A DNA stretch of 63,988 nt, filler included, from Hausera hauseri (lineage: Eukaryota), in NCBI GenBank assembly GCA_046269625.1. It is 11 parts of 11 records of this genome, joined end to end, with 100 filler letters (N's around TTAATTAATTAA, not from the genome) between each part and the next. Parts side by side here need not be neighbours in the genome. Positions count along the whole stretch, not along the records: positions 9,573 to 14,039 come from JBJURY010566562.1; positions 14,140 to 19,968 come from JBJURY010182195.1; positions 20,069 to 24,841 come from JBJURY010441135.1; 8 more parts are not named here. One strand, 5' to 3'. This document shows positions 12,793 through 24,941 of this stretch, piece by piece (position 1 is the stretch's first letter; every line of letters starts with the position of its first letter). The position numbers were made by a program, and so were the translations under genes. Under the pieces are notes generated by a model that was not told the DNA's origin, ran no database searches, and saw only the letters and a list, made by a program, of their open reading frames with translations.

Positions 12793-15700
12793 TGTGTGTG
12801 AATTTTTGTCATATTCACAATGAATCAATTATTTGATTGGACAAGTGGTAGACCTGAAGTTTTCTTTTAAGTGAAAAAAAGTTTGTTCATTGACCTAACG
12901 CGCTTGTGTCTGAGGTTGCGTTTTCGCAACGTTCTAGAACTGCAGGTCATCATTGTTTTTCTGAAAAACCTTACAAACATGTGCTGAAGTAGCATATAAT
13001 AGACCGTCTGTATCAGTGTATCATCATCTTGGCAAGCCTGGCAAAAATAATATTAATACAGTCCATACAAAACCATTTACTTCCTAATTTGGTCTTAGCT
13101 CATGAAGAACTTGATCCGAAGAATTCCACTTTTTTCTTCTAATGTCCAACTACATAATGGTGAAATCGCTGTAATAATACTGCCTTTTTCGCCTTTTGCA
13201 TTTGCCATTTCTACCAGTGTTTTTCGGTATCTTTTCAGAGTTTGTTCGTAATTACCAATTTTTAAATTTCCCATTGTTTTGAAGAACTTCATGACGCGGG
13301 CATGATAATAACACTTGCCATTTTGATTGATTTCTCAAAATGGATTCAAAATAAGGCGAACTTCTTGCTATTGAATGCATTGACATCTTTTCTATTGAAA
13401 TATTTACATAAATTTAGTTTATATTCGATTCCATTTTTACACCCCTAAATTCGGCTTTCTTATGAGCTTCTTGAAATAAATAATCAATGGCAATAAAATT
13501 TCCAACCTTTAATCATTTTGTCCAATTTTCATCAAATCCATATATCACTTTTAGACCTTCAATTTGCAAAACTCAGTTTGCGTTAAGCCGCTTTTATCAC
13601 CACCACATCCATGTCAATAAATCTGGTTAAACGTATTCTTAAAGAAATCCGTCTTTTGCAATAGCTTGCAAACAAAATGTCTTTCCATTACCACGTGGTC
13701 CAATCATTTGAAACACTGAATTGTTGGCTAACTCCATTTTTAACATTGGCAAACTTAATACATGTTTATACAAAAAACTTAATAACTGACAAAATTAAAC
13801 CACACACTACACTACTAAAAATCAAATAATTTTGAAGTTTTCGTTTCAATTCATCTTCGATACGTTTTATGAAGAAAGATTTGACTATTAATTCAACATA
13901 TTCTTGTCTGCTCATGATTCTGGTTTTTGTGAGCTCACAAAAACTGAATATCAAACACATGTCCAGTCATTATGTTATCCGTCAGTTTCTGAATCTCACT
14001 TTCAATGTACTGTTCCATTTGATTTGTAATCGAGATGCTNNNNNNNNNNNNNNNNNNNNNNNNNNNNNNNNNNNNNNNNNNNNTTAATTAATTAANNNNN
14101 NNNNNNNNNNNNNNNNNNNNNNNNNNNNNNNNNNNNNNNAATTTACAGTAAAATTCGTTTCCTTGTTAGTTTTGGTTTTATGAATTACTTACATATGGAA
14201 TTACTGAAATAGTGCATTGTATAGTTAGTAAAATACACATTCATTTTTTATGTTATAAAAATTCTGGCAACATGTATGATACTGTAGGGAAATTTTTACA
14301 TCGGGGAACCATTTATGAAGGAAGCACCAATATTACAAAAAATTCATATTGAGGAATCATAAATGCAAGAAGTACCTATATTGCAAAATATTTGTTTTGA
14401 TAATTCACTTACGTAATAGCTATAAATGATTAGATAATGCCATGCGTTTCTCCTAGGCTACAATCCTGGATCTGCCACTCGATTACCAGAACCTGTGTTA
14501 CAGCTGTTGAGGCAAACAGACTTTCCGACATAATATGAATTGGTGGTCTGTGCAACAGCAATGTTAGCAACAGTGAAAAGTAGGAGCGCTGTGTACACTA
14601 AACTCCGAAAATTTTCAAAGGAATAATTTGACGTTAGGAACAGGTAAGAACATGATTAATAATGGAAGGACTAATAAGAAGCTTTTCTATATGGAAGTGG
14701 AAATCACTTACCGTACCGGTACCCACAGTGTTACGGATTCCAAGAATTTGGGCACAAAAAGATTATAATTGGTAAGGTTGAATCAGCCGTTGTGGAATAG
14801 ATCGTGTCTCGCCAAGAAATGGAGAGCTGATCAGATGCGTGGTAATCATCAACTCTCGCCCAAATATGGCGTTGATTGATTCTGGTTGAAGTAAAACAGT
14901 AGTTCGACGGTCTGGTAACTTAGGGCCAACGAATTGCAGGATTGAAATGATGGAGGTGAAGTACTTCACCTCGAAATGTCGGGTTATTTTTAAAATTGTT
15001 CAGTAATTGAGATGTTTAAGAATACCGAACGAAATTTATACAATAAACCGCAACAACTTTTTCCAGTGAGTTGGCCGAAGAATTACATTTTTTCTAGGTC
15101 GACAACAAATTCGAGTCTGACCGATACCCTTTGACCACCGCTCGATGGCACATGACCGATCATTCATCACACACCAGACACCAATACCATTAAACTTATT
15201 ACATAAACTAAAATAAGGATTTTAAAACATTAACGCATTCTCTACTTTTGTTTTCAGGAAATTACTCCATAATCATTTAGCCAGTCCAACTAAATGCGAA
15301 TTTGATTTTATATAGCTTCAACGTAAATTAGTCATCCAAATGACAAAACACAAGAAAAATATCCAGCTCGATGCTCGGCTCAAATTGCCCACACTGAGTC
15401 AATCAGCACGAAGTACTATTTAATTCGCCCATGCTGCACAAGTTTAGTGCCATCTTGTCCGTTGTGTTCGTCATTCATTCTCAAATAGCAGTTTTTTCGG
15501 CAGTTTATAAATACAAAATTTTTCACATCATTCTTAAATTAATAACCAGTAACTGCAAACATAAATATCACCTAATTGTAAATAATCCTTTCATTGTGAG
15601 CAAGTACCGTGGATTGTGCATGACGGAATTAACCCTTCTTTTTTCTTTATAGAAAAGGTTCTACTCCAGGCCCGGCGTTTTAACGCACTCTAACATTATA

Positions 15701-18520
15701 GCAGCAAACACTTTTTTTCTCTCGACAACTTTCGAACTACCGAATCGCAATTTTACTCATATTATGTACAGACCAGATTTTAGGCAGTTCCTAAAAATCA
15801 TCGACATTAAATTCTCCTGCCATTGAAAGGAATTTTTCCGAAACTTTATTCACATTTTGCGGTCAGATTTAGTTCGTTTATCAAAGGCGTTTAATCACCA
15901 TTTACATTATCGTAATTCGATTTCGTGTTCGTTGAAGACGTCAGTCGTTATTATTTTTGCGTATATTTTACACGTTTTGGTACATCCCGAGATTATCGGC
16001 CGTCTATATCAATATGTTCAGTTGAAATCGTAATCCAGACTCACCAGACTTAAAAATTTACGACGCAGTCCCAAAATCGTTCAATTTGGCACACTAGTTC
16101 GAAGACAAAATATTAACTATATATTCCAAAGTTGAACAAAACTTCCGATCGACACATATTCCTATAATTGCTCGAATTGGCCGACTTATCCAGAATCGTG
16201 AAAATTTTAGCTACATATTCCAAAACTAAGCAAAATCTCGAATTGATACACACCTGCTTAAAACTTTTGTAAATGAGAATTTTTGATATTTGTTTATGAA
16301 AAATTATATCAATTATATCTCTTGCTCTTCTTAGGGTTCCTTAATGAGGAAAACCCGAAAATCAAACATCAAAATTTCAGTTTACCAAAATCAGCCAGAT
16401 TATCAGATCAAATTATCAATTCCACCCGAAAATACGATGCAAACATTCGAATTCAAAAATCTAATCGATCCGAGTCCGAAAACCGCAATACAGTTCGAAC
16501 TCAGAAGAAAACCGAACTTTAAAAATCCGAACCCACTTATAATGAACATTTGACCATTTAAGAACATTTATCATTTAATAACAATGATTTTGTGATCAAA
16601 TTTACAGTACAGACATATTTGACTGTGACTAATGTGTAAATTGTGCTAGAAGTAATAAATGCCTGGTATATATAAATGTCTTTCTATTTTGAATATGTTA
16701 AACTCCTTGATGGGTATCTCCTCCATTTCTGTTTAAGGTACATAACTGTTACTCAGAGGCGGCAAAATAACAAAATAACTAATTAATATTAANNNNNNNN
16801 NNTACATCAATAGTAAATGGCGAATACCGAAATCGTATTAAGATGGAATTGGGAAATGTTTTCATGATTGTTGGCTGAATGAAAATCAAGAGTGTTGCAA
16901 AAATAAGTAAAAGTTTAAAAGAACTTTTCTGCCTGGCCGTTTTGCCACGAAATAGCAAGGATTGCTCCTAGTCCCGGCTGAAGAAGCAAATGTATAAAAA
17001 TTAAAATTTTATATAAAATTTTTTATTAATTGTAAAAATTTATTAATTAACTTTTTATGACTCATATGAGTCGTATTGTTATATTTAAATTTGTAATTAC
17101 TCATCTGGGTCATACAGTCACAATGTCTTGTGACTACATAATTTTGAATTTTATAATGATTCATGAGTCATGGAGTTTCTCACCAAAGTACAAGTCACCA
17201 GACAGTGACTCAGGATCAGTTTGCAAATGGACAAATTCAAATTTCAAAATTGAATTCTGATTGGCTCACATTCAAAGGCAAAATATGCCACAACACGACA
17301 ATATAATAAGTGTCAATAACAACTTCCACAACACAACTTTTCCTACTACTCAGAAAACAATTCCATTCTGCGATCACAATTTTTTTCTAGCTTCAACTTT
17401 CAAGCACAAAATCGCAAATTCAATCTTGACAAATTTCGATGACGAAAAATTTTGAAAACTATTCATCTTATTATTAGTGACCCTATTGACAGTTGCTGTC
17501 AACTATAAAAACTACTGGTACCAGTCAATACCACGAAAACATAACTGAAAATTTGACTTCAATCATTGGAACAGAATCTAAAAAATAAAAAAGAATATCA
17601 ACGCAACTTCTATCAAGATTCGGATAATTGCATTCCTCAACCTTTCCAAGTGCAACATCCATTACATTTTTAATAAAATATAAGTTTATGAATAAAAAAT
17701 GATTGTTACTTTGTTTATTGAAATGAATTACATCGTTCCATTCGTTGATTTCAAGAAGACAGTGATCAAAGGTGTTCAGTACGATGTCGTACTCATGCAA
17801 AACTTATAAAGTATAGATAATTTGAGGTGAAAGCAGGTGCAAGTGGTTGCTCTTGAACCACCAAACAACCACAGGACTCAGTCAGAAAAAATATTGTCAT
17901 AAACAGCAGCACTCAGTACAAAAACATTTGTTGGTTAAATTTTTATTTATTTGTCGTTAGGTTTTAAAACAATTTCTACCCGGTAATTACGACGATCCCA
18001 AAACCAAAAATTTTAAGTCTGTCTGTTGAAGAATAAAATTTTCATAAAGTCGTTCCAGAAGTCAAATTTTTCTGGAATCGATCGATGTTAAAATTGGGAT
18101 GTTGCACATTGTACATACTTGGGATAAGCTGCAGCACCAGAAAGGTCAGGCGGTATTCATATCGAGAACTTTTTTGATAATGTTTCACAGAATGGTTGTC
18201 CATATATCCAAATCAACACTCCTTTGCTTAAAATAACTCATTCACAATCATTCGTAGTCGTTTCAAAATCAATTGTATTATTTTATTTCTTTACAGTGAA
18301 TTTTTTTACATTACGCACCGAAAGTAGGTAGATGTGAGCACACTGCCCCAACCCCCCAGGGAAGGAAGGAAAAGATGTGGTTCGATGATGAGACATGGGG
18401 TAGAAAAAACTATACACACATACACTGATAATATGGTGGAGATAGGAGGCACACAGTTATGAAAGTGATACACACAAGCAGGCGTAGTGTATGGATTCGG
18501 TAGGGTTTAAAAAATTTAAA

Positions 18521-18533
18521 TTTCGCGCCAAAA
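18521..18533 (+). promoter_or_regulatory. E2F-type site upstream of RING gene (TATA-like CTATAAAT at 18621)
   Basis: TTTCGCGCCAAAA matches the TTTSSCGC E2F consensus. Confidence 0.35.
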
Positions 18534-18649
18534 ATTTTTTTGTTTAAATTTTTTCAGTGAACAAAGCATTTTGTGGCCTGATCGTGGTTTTACTATTCCC
18601 ACCCCGCTTTGTTTAAATTTCTATAAATACCGCTGTGTAAGTGTCACTT

Positions 18650-18915
18650 ATGAAAATGTCTTAACCAGATATCTTGGCATCATTCAAGGATGTTTTTGCT
18701 GTAGAATATTTTAGTACTGGGAAAGTGTGTACAATTGAAGAACATACAAAAGAGAAGAGTGGAGGCAAAGTTTGTGTATATCATGTAAAGTAAATAAGGT
18801 AGATACGGTATTGCTAATGTGCGGCCATCTGGTTGTATGCCAGATATGCTCAAAGTTAAGTCATTGTCCGGAGTGTAAATGCGCTGTAACTGAAAGTGTG
18901 CATATTTACTATTAA
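18650..18915 (+). pseudogene. Small C3HC4 RING-finger (IAP/Mdm2-type) gene, probably Polinton accessory
   Basis: CV(frameshift)SCKVNKVDTVLLMCGHLVVCQICSKLSHCPECKCAVTESVHIYY* at 18773-18915. It converges on the pPolB stop and is absent from the ORF track. Confidence 0.75.
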
Positions 18916-19740
18916 TAAAGACATACGAAAACTTTTATTGTTATAACAAAATATTTACAATCAAATAGAATAATGTCCATATGCGACACTTTTATTTTTC
19001 TGGATCCACTGCATTTATCATCAAACGGATCCAATGCTTTCTTTTTGATCCGATTGACATAACCTGATGACTTTTGGTCCCAATTTGCTACTGTTCTAAT
19101 CTCGTCTTTAAATTTTCCTATTGTGGCTGTAAAACAAGTCGAGTACAGCGGATCACTCTTGTCATAGTTTGCCGTATCTAACTGTTTGCTTTTTATCATT
19201 GCCGGTAATATTTTTGTTCGTAAGTTAACACCACGACATTCAAGGAAAAAGTCGTCTGTGTCACCAGCAACAATATTTACCTCGCCAATAAACTGGTGCC
19301 TATACGTTTCCAAGTCGATGTAATTCAGCTCATAAATTCTTAACTTGGACAAAGTAAGTACGGCCTCACCAATGTATGAGGTCTTATCTAAGGTGACTAT
19401 ATCTTTATCGAGGAGATATGCAACCAGATCATCGGCTATAATAATGCTCTCTTTAGACTTTGCCTTGCTTGTGTAAGTAACAAGCGTTTTAGCATTATTA
19501 TATAATCTTAAAATTGACCTTTCCAGCAGATTTTCAACTGTTTTGCAGTGTAAGCTGTTGTTCTTAAGTTTAGAAAAGTCTTTCTCAAAAGAATTATTTA
19601 CCGCAGTCCTCTTTACAGTGTTTAGATCGATATAATCCTTAAAGACATAACTCTAGTCAAACTCAACAGCCCGATGTACCTTTTCAACTGTAGCCCCTAA
19701 CTCGATGTCCAACTGTATTAGCCGACTTACGCTCATGTGT
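18912..19740 (-). pseudogene. Polinton/adintovirus protein-primed DNA polymerase B, C-terminal fragment
   Basis: EKVHRAVEF, FEKDFSKLKNNSLHCKTVEN (degenerate motif B), VAGDTDDFF (motif C), IGKFKDE, ALDPFDDK. Confidence 0.85.
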
Positions 19741-20699
19741 AAGCAACAATTTCTTAACTTTCGATCCAGGAGGACATTTATTAATTGGAGCTAGAGGCAA
19801 TTGGTCCAACTTTTCATGTTTGTCAGCCGGAATCCTTAATTCAACTCAATCGCTAAGCCTCGTTTTTCTCTAACAGAGTCAATAAAGGGTAATTGCTCAA
19901 TCAGACTATTTAATTTTTCTATATCATAAATACAAGTCAAATTCGCAAATGTCGAAGTTTGAGATAAANNNNNNNNNNNNNNNNNNNNNNNNNNNNNNNN
20001 NNNNNNNNNNNNTTAATTAATTAANNNNNNNNNNNNNNNNNNNNNNNNNNNNNNNNNNNNNNNNNNNNGTGGATGTCGTGACAGGTGCTGTTATTCATGG
20101 TATTGAAGATGACTTACGAAATTCATGTGGAGACGATTTTAACAATAGGACAAACTCCAGAAACCTCATACATGTCTAGTAATCCCGTCATAGAATTTGT
20201 CTTCTTCTTTGTTGAAAACAAATTTCTCTGCTCTTCTGTCTTACTGAATGAAGATTTCGAGAACGATGACTACTGTATTCACTCGACAAGCATTTTGGTG
20301 AGGACACGAGATGTATCCGTTATCGCAGCACTATATCGCCCTTCGTAGAAAAGGAATGATTAAAACAATATAGATAAAACAATAAATCGCAACCAATGAA
20401 CATTGTTTAGTGCCTATTCGGTTTTATTATGTATCAGTCGTTGTGTACCATCAATGAACTTTTCCTTGCTGTGGGTGGTAAATGTCACTGCGTGCCTTAC
20501 GTGATTGATTTGTGCTTAGCTGTTGAGCGGCATTTTCTGATAGAAGTTTGTGAGATTATGTGGTTCAGTAGGTGTAGCTAATGGAGGTGAAGGAAGTGGT
20601 GATGACGAAAGAGGACAAATGATTGCTGCAGCTACACAAAGTCGTTTAGAAAATCTGAAGACGGAATGGAAGAAGTAAGAGCTGAGTTGGAATTGGAGG

Positions 20700-23600
20700 T
20701 AGGTCGTTATCAATCGGCTATTTTATCTCTATACGCTTCGTCGTCTACAATGGGATTGGACTTCGCAATGGCACTTTTAACGCCAGTTTGCTTATTAGAT
20801 TGTATATTTTTTATTGCTGTGAAAAACTGATTTTCTTGGTCTTACTTTATTTCTAATTTTGCCTTCCTTCTCAATTCCGCTTTGCTTATATTATTTTCGT
20901 ATGTCTGCGCAATTTTTCCCCTCTTGTCTGATTGTCTCTTCCCAACGAGATTCAGCACTTTGTTCCGTATCGTCTGCGTCTTCCCGATTTAGATTCTCTC
21001 TCTCTGGCGTAGTGTTTCTCAAAGACATCAACGTAAACGCATCCTTACTTCATTCTTCGTCCTTTGCTTTTGGTAACTCACTGGGCTGACTTGCCATTGA
21101 TCTTCCGTCTTTCTGGGAAACTCCGGATCGTTCCACCACTCTGTAGTTTCTCGATGCCTAAACCACTAGACAGGTGATCTGCTGGGTTATGTTCTTATTT
21201 CACATAGTTTCTTTGTCCTCCGGTTGATTTCTCGTAGATGTATCCGACTCTGTTCGCAACAAACGTCTTGTATTATTTGCTACAGGCTTTGATCCAGTAC
21301 AGTACGTTGATTCTGTCCGTCCAGTATTCTGTATTCTTTATTGTTGCGCACGGTGTTTCTCACTTTCCTGCCCAGCTTGATCCTTATGCAGGCTGCCATC
21401 AATTTCTGCCTTTCGAACATAATCACTACCTTAATTTCTTCTTCCACTGTAGTTCTTAAATAAGCGACCTCTCCGTACCCCCATTTCGAGGCGTCAAAAT
21501 GTATGAATTTTACTGTCTCCGTTCTCTTGGAATTGTATTTTACTACATTCAAGCTCTCCTAACCTTTTATCCTTGTTCTTATTTTCTCGTTTAATTTCTT
21601 CGGGATCTTTTCGTCCCACTCCACATGCATCATCCACATTTGTTGTGAGTATACCTTACCTAATTAAGAAAGCCTAACGGATCGAATACCTTCGCTAGAA
21701 CACTTAATAGTGTTTTTTTCGTTATTTCTATCTATTGCTTGTCATGATTCTCAAGCCCAAATTTATCATCTACGATTTACCATTTCATCCCCAGCGACTT
21801 GGTGATAAAGTCCGTTTTTTCAAATACTAAATTCCTTAGCTCGACTTGTAGTAGGTATTAAGTTTAGTAGTTCATTGGAATTCGATACCCACTTGTGTGG
21901 CTCCATCGCAGCCTTTTTCCAGACTTTATTTAGCTCATTGTATAGTGAGACAGCTTCCTTTTCGGTACTGACTGAATCAATGCCGTCATCTATGTATGTA
22001 GATCACTCTATTGTTTCCACAGCTCTAGGTAATTTATCCTTAAACTTTTCGGCGTTATGCCTTGAGATCAGTTGCGCCAGAAACGGAGAGGCATTCATTC
22101 CAAATACCAACCGATTGAACTCATCTTGAGTTTTCCATCCTTGTACCATAGGAATCTCAAATATTTTTGATCCTCTTGCTTTACCTTAATCTGCAAGAGC
22201 ATTTCTCGGATGTCACATGACGATCCATGGGCGTTTCTTCATCCTCATTAGTATGTCTATAATATACAGTTGTAATTTTCGACCGAGATTGACAAAGTCG
22301 TTCAGGCATGCCCCGATATCTCGAAGCAGTATCGAAGACTTTTCGACATTATGTAGTTTTCTTTTTAATTTTCATGACCGGAAAATGCGGTATCAACCAA
22401 GCTGTTTTCTATTCTCGTTCTTCCACCACTCGTATATACTCTTCCTGCGTATGCGTTTATATTACCCTCTCGTAGGCTGCCTTCGCCTTTCCATCTTTAT
22501 TCAACTTATTCCGTATAGTTTCTAACCTTTTTTGTGCAATCCATTAATTACATGGCAACGGCACGCAGTACCTATTCTCTTCATAAGTTGTTTCTTTTCT
22601 TACCTGCATTATGATTTCGTCTAGTATGCTTCTCCGAGACTCCTTTGAATAAATGTTGAATTCGACCTCCCACAATCGGTTGAGGTTATTTTGAAGTTGC
22701 TCGGTCCTTGTCCAAAAGGTCCTCACAAAATTGCTATTCACGTTCTTCTTTCCCTCCTTTATTTTTTCTACACAAGTCCAGCCCAACGGACTTAACCGCG
22801 CCACTGGCTCACCCTTTTTGCCGTACACCTTATTTGATCGGTGTAATTCCAAATAATTCGCCCCAATGATACCATCCACTTCTAACCTGTGGGACATCGT
22901 AGGGAATTTTAGGTTCTTTCGATGGATCTACCTCTGTTTTTCTATAGACCATTTCACTGTCCTCATCCTTCCGGTTAGCTTTCTCATGGTCTACGCTTCG
23001 AACTGGACCTCCATCGATCGATCGAGACTTATCAATTCCATTTTTACCCGACCAATGGACGTCTCTGTTTTCCTGCGACGACTGTTATCGTCAGCCTCTG
23101 TCTTTCTATCAACATTTAACTCTTCAAACACTTGAATATACGAAACTCCGCACTAGCACTGTCCAGCAGCATTATTGCTTTCCTCATTTTATTTCCATTC
23201 TTTAGCCATACTTCCACTGTCCTCAGAGCTACCATTTCTTGTTCGTCTTCTCCTGGGAACCTTGGGTTACGTAAGTTCTAACACCTTTTTGTTTATTTGG
23301 TACCCCTTTTCCTTTATTCTTTGACGTCCTTGACGCAGACCTCTTCGCAGGGATCTCCGACTTCTAGTTCCACATTCCTTTTGTTACAGATGTTTTTTTT
23401 CATTTTCCTTTTTACCAATTTTTTCACTTAAAAATTTACAATCACCACCATACCTACAATCTCCATTTACAAAGACCCTGCATACTCTTCTTTGATCATT
23501 TTGCTAGGTTCATGTAAATATTTGCAATCATCCCCGAATCTACATTGACCATTTTTTATCGTAATTCCAACATTTCTGGGACTGAACCTCTTGCTCCGAA

Positions 23601-23990
23601 TTGGTGCGGTAAGCCTGTATCCCATTTTTAACCTCCTTATCATTTTTTCTGAAACTGGGATTCTCGAACTCTTTCCGACTGTGATTTCTTTGTGAAAAAC
23701 GACTGTCCATCTCCTGCCGACAAACGTCGACCACTCTGACTGGTATTAAACACCTCTATTCCTCTTACCATTTCTATAGAATTTCTCCTTACCATCGCCT
23801 CTATTTCTACCCAACTGTTGAATTCTTCTACAGTCCTGCTCGTCCTTTTCTCGACGATATGCCTTTCCCACAGTAACACGGTTGATTCTTGCAGTTTCTC
23901 CATAAGGTTTTGGTACAATAAACCTCACCTAAGCTCCTCTGTTCTCCCCAGATTTCTTAATCTCGCTATGTATCTACCCTAGAATTAATT
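20700..23990 (-). mobile_element. BEL/Pao LTR retrotransposon remnant (gag, protease, RT, RNase H; integrase not seen)
   Basis: MLLDSAS (protease), IIGANY...PVARLSPLGW, FNRLVFGMNASPFLA, TYIDDGIDS, FDASKWGYGEVAYLR, NPADHLS. Boundaries approximate. Confidence 0.85.
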
Positions 23991-24291
23991 TTCTTATCCG
24001 TAAACCCCCTTTTCTTCAAAACTATCATCAACTTATACCGACAATCATCGCTACATGGCGGAAATGTTCATGTTTAATTCTATTTTCAATCTCAATCGTT
24101 ACACTCCATCCAATCATACCAACAGCGTCCCTTTCCACACAACTCACAGTAGCATCCACGAAATCAGAAATTGGGAGTAACAACTACCAATATTATTAAA
24201 ATCACCTCTAACTGCAATAACAGAAACGTTGTTTGACCTTTTCTCGGTTTCATGCCTTTCACAGAAATAAGATTGTTAGTAGATCGCGTCT

Positions 24292-24573
24292 CTACCATCC
24301 CGACCTCAACATCACTTGATGATATTTCCTGATGATATTGTTTTCCCACATGTTTTGAATGGTTTCATCTATTTTGCTTTCTAGATTCACTGGTTGTCTA
24401 TGCAGTTTGATGTTAATTGGTGCGCTTTTTGTGTCTATTCTATGCTTGATCAATGTTGTACAGCCGATATCCCAATTGTCGGCCATTAAGACTTGGTTTC
24501 TCTGTACTATGTCTAATACCACTGAGTTTTCGTTTATCCGTAGAATCTCCTTCACTCTTGAATTGTTCTTCAT
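24292..24573 (-). mobile_element. Ty3/Gypsy reverse transcriptase N-terminal fragment (different family)
   Basis: DIGCTTLIKHRIDTKSAPINIKLHRQP...IDETIQNMWENNIIR. Confidence 0.7.
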
Positions 24574-24941
24574 TCGTCACTTTTCGACCGAATTTTGCTT
24601 CTAAGTTGCATACATAATAACTTTGTTCATTCCCATCTTTCTGTCTCCAACCTAATTCGATTCCAGAAGTCTTGTAGTTCCATTCCTCCGATTATTTCTG
24701 GTAATATTTCTGTCACTACTATGGAAGTTACGCGCTTCTGTACACCCTTGAGTTCCACATTTACGGATAGTTCATCCATGCAGTCTAGGGGGCTACCATT
24801 TGCACGACGGAGCGTGATATCTGATTTCTCCAGCTGAACATNNNNNNNNNNNNNNNNNNNNNNNNNNNNNNNNNNNNNNNNNNNNTTAATTAATTAANNN
24901 NNNNNNNNNNNNNNNNNNNNNNNNNNNNNNNNNNNNNNNNN

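Noticed and set aside
13095-13700. Possible IS630/Tc1 remnant
   Set aside because: Only vague similarity; no catalytic motif could be read.
15560-16000. Possible BTB/BACK-domain remnant on the minus strand
   Set aside because: Too decayed to support.
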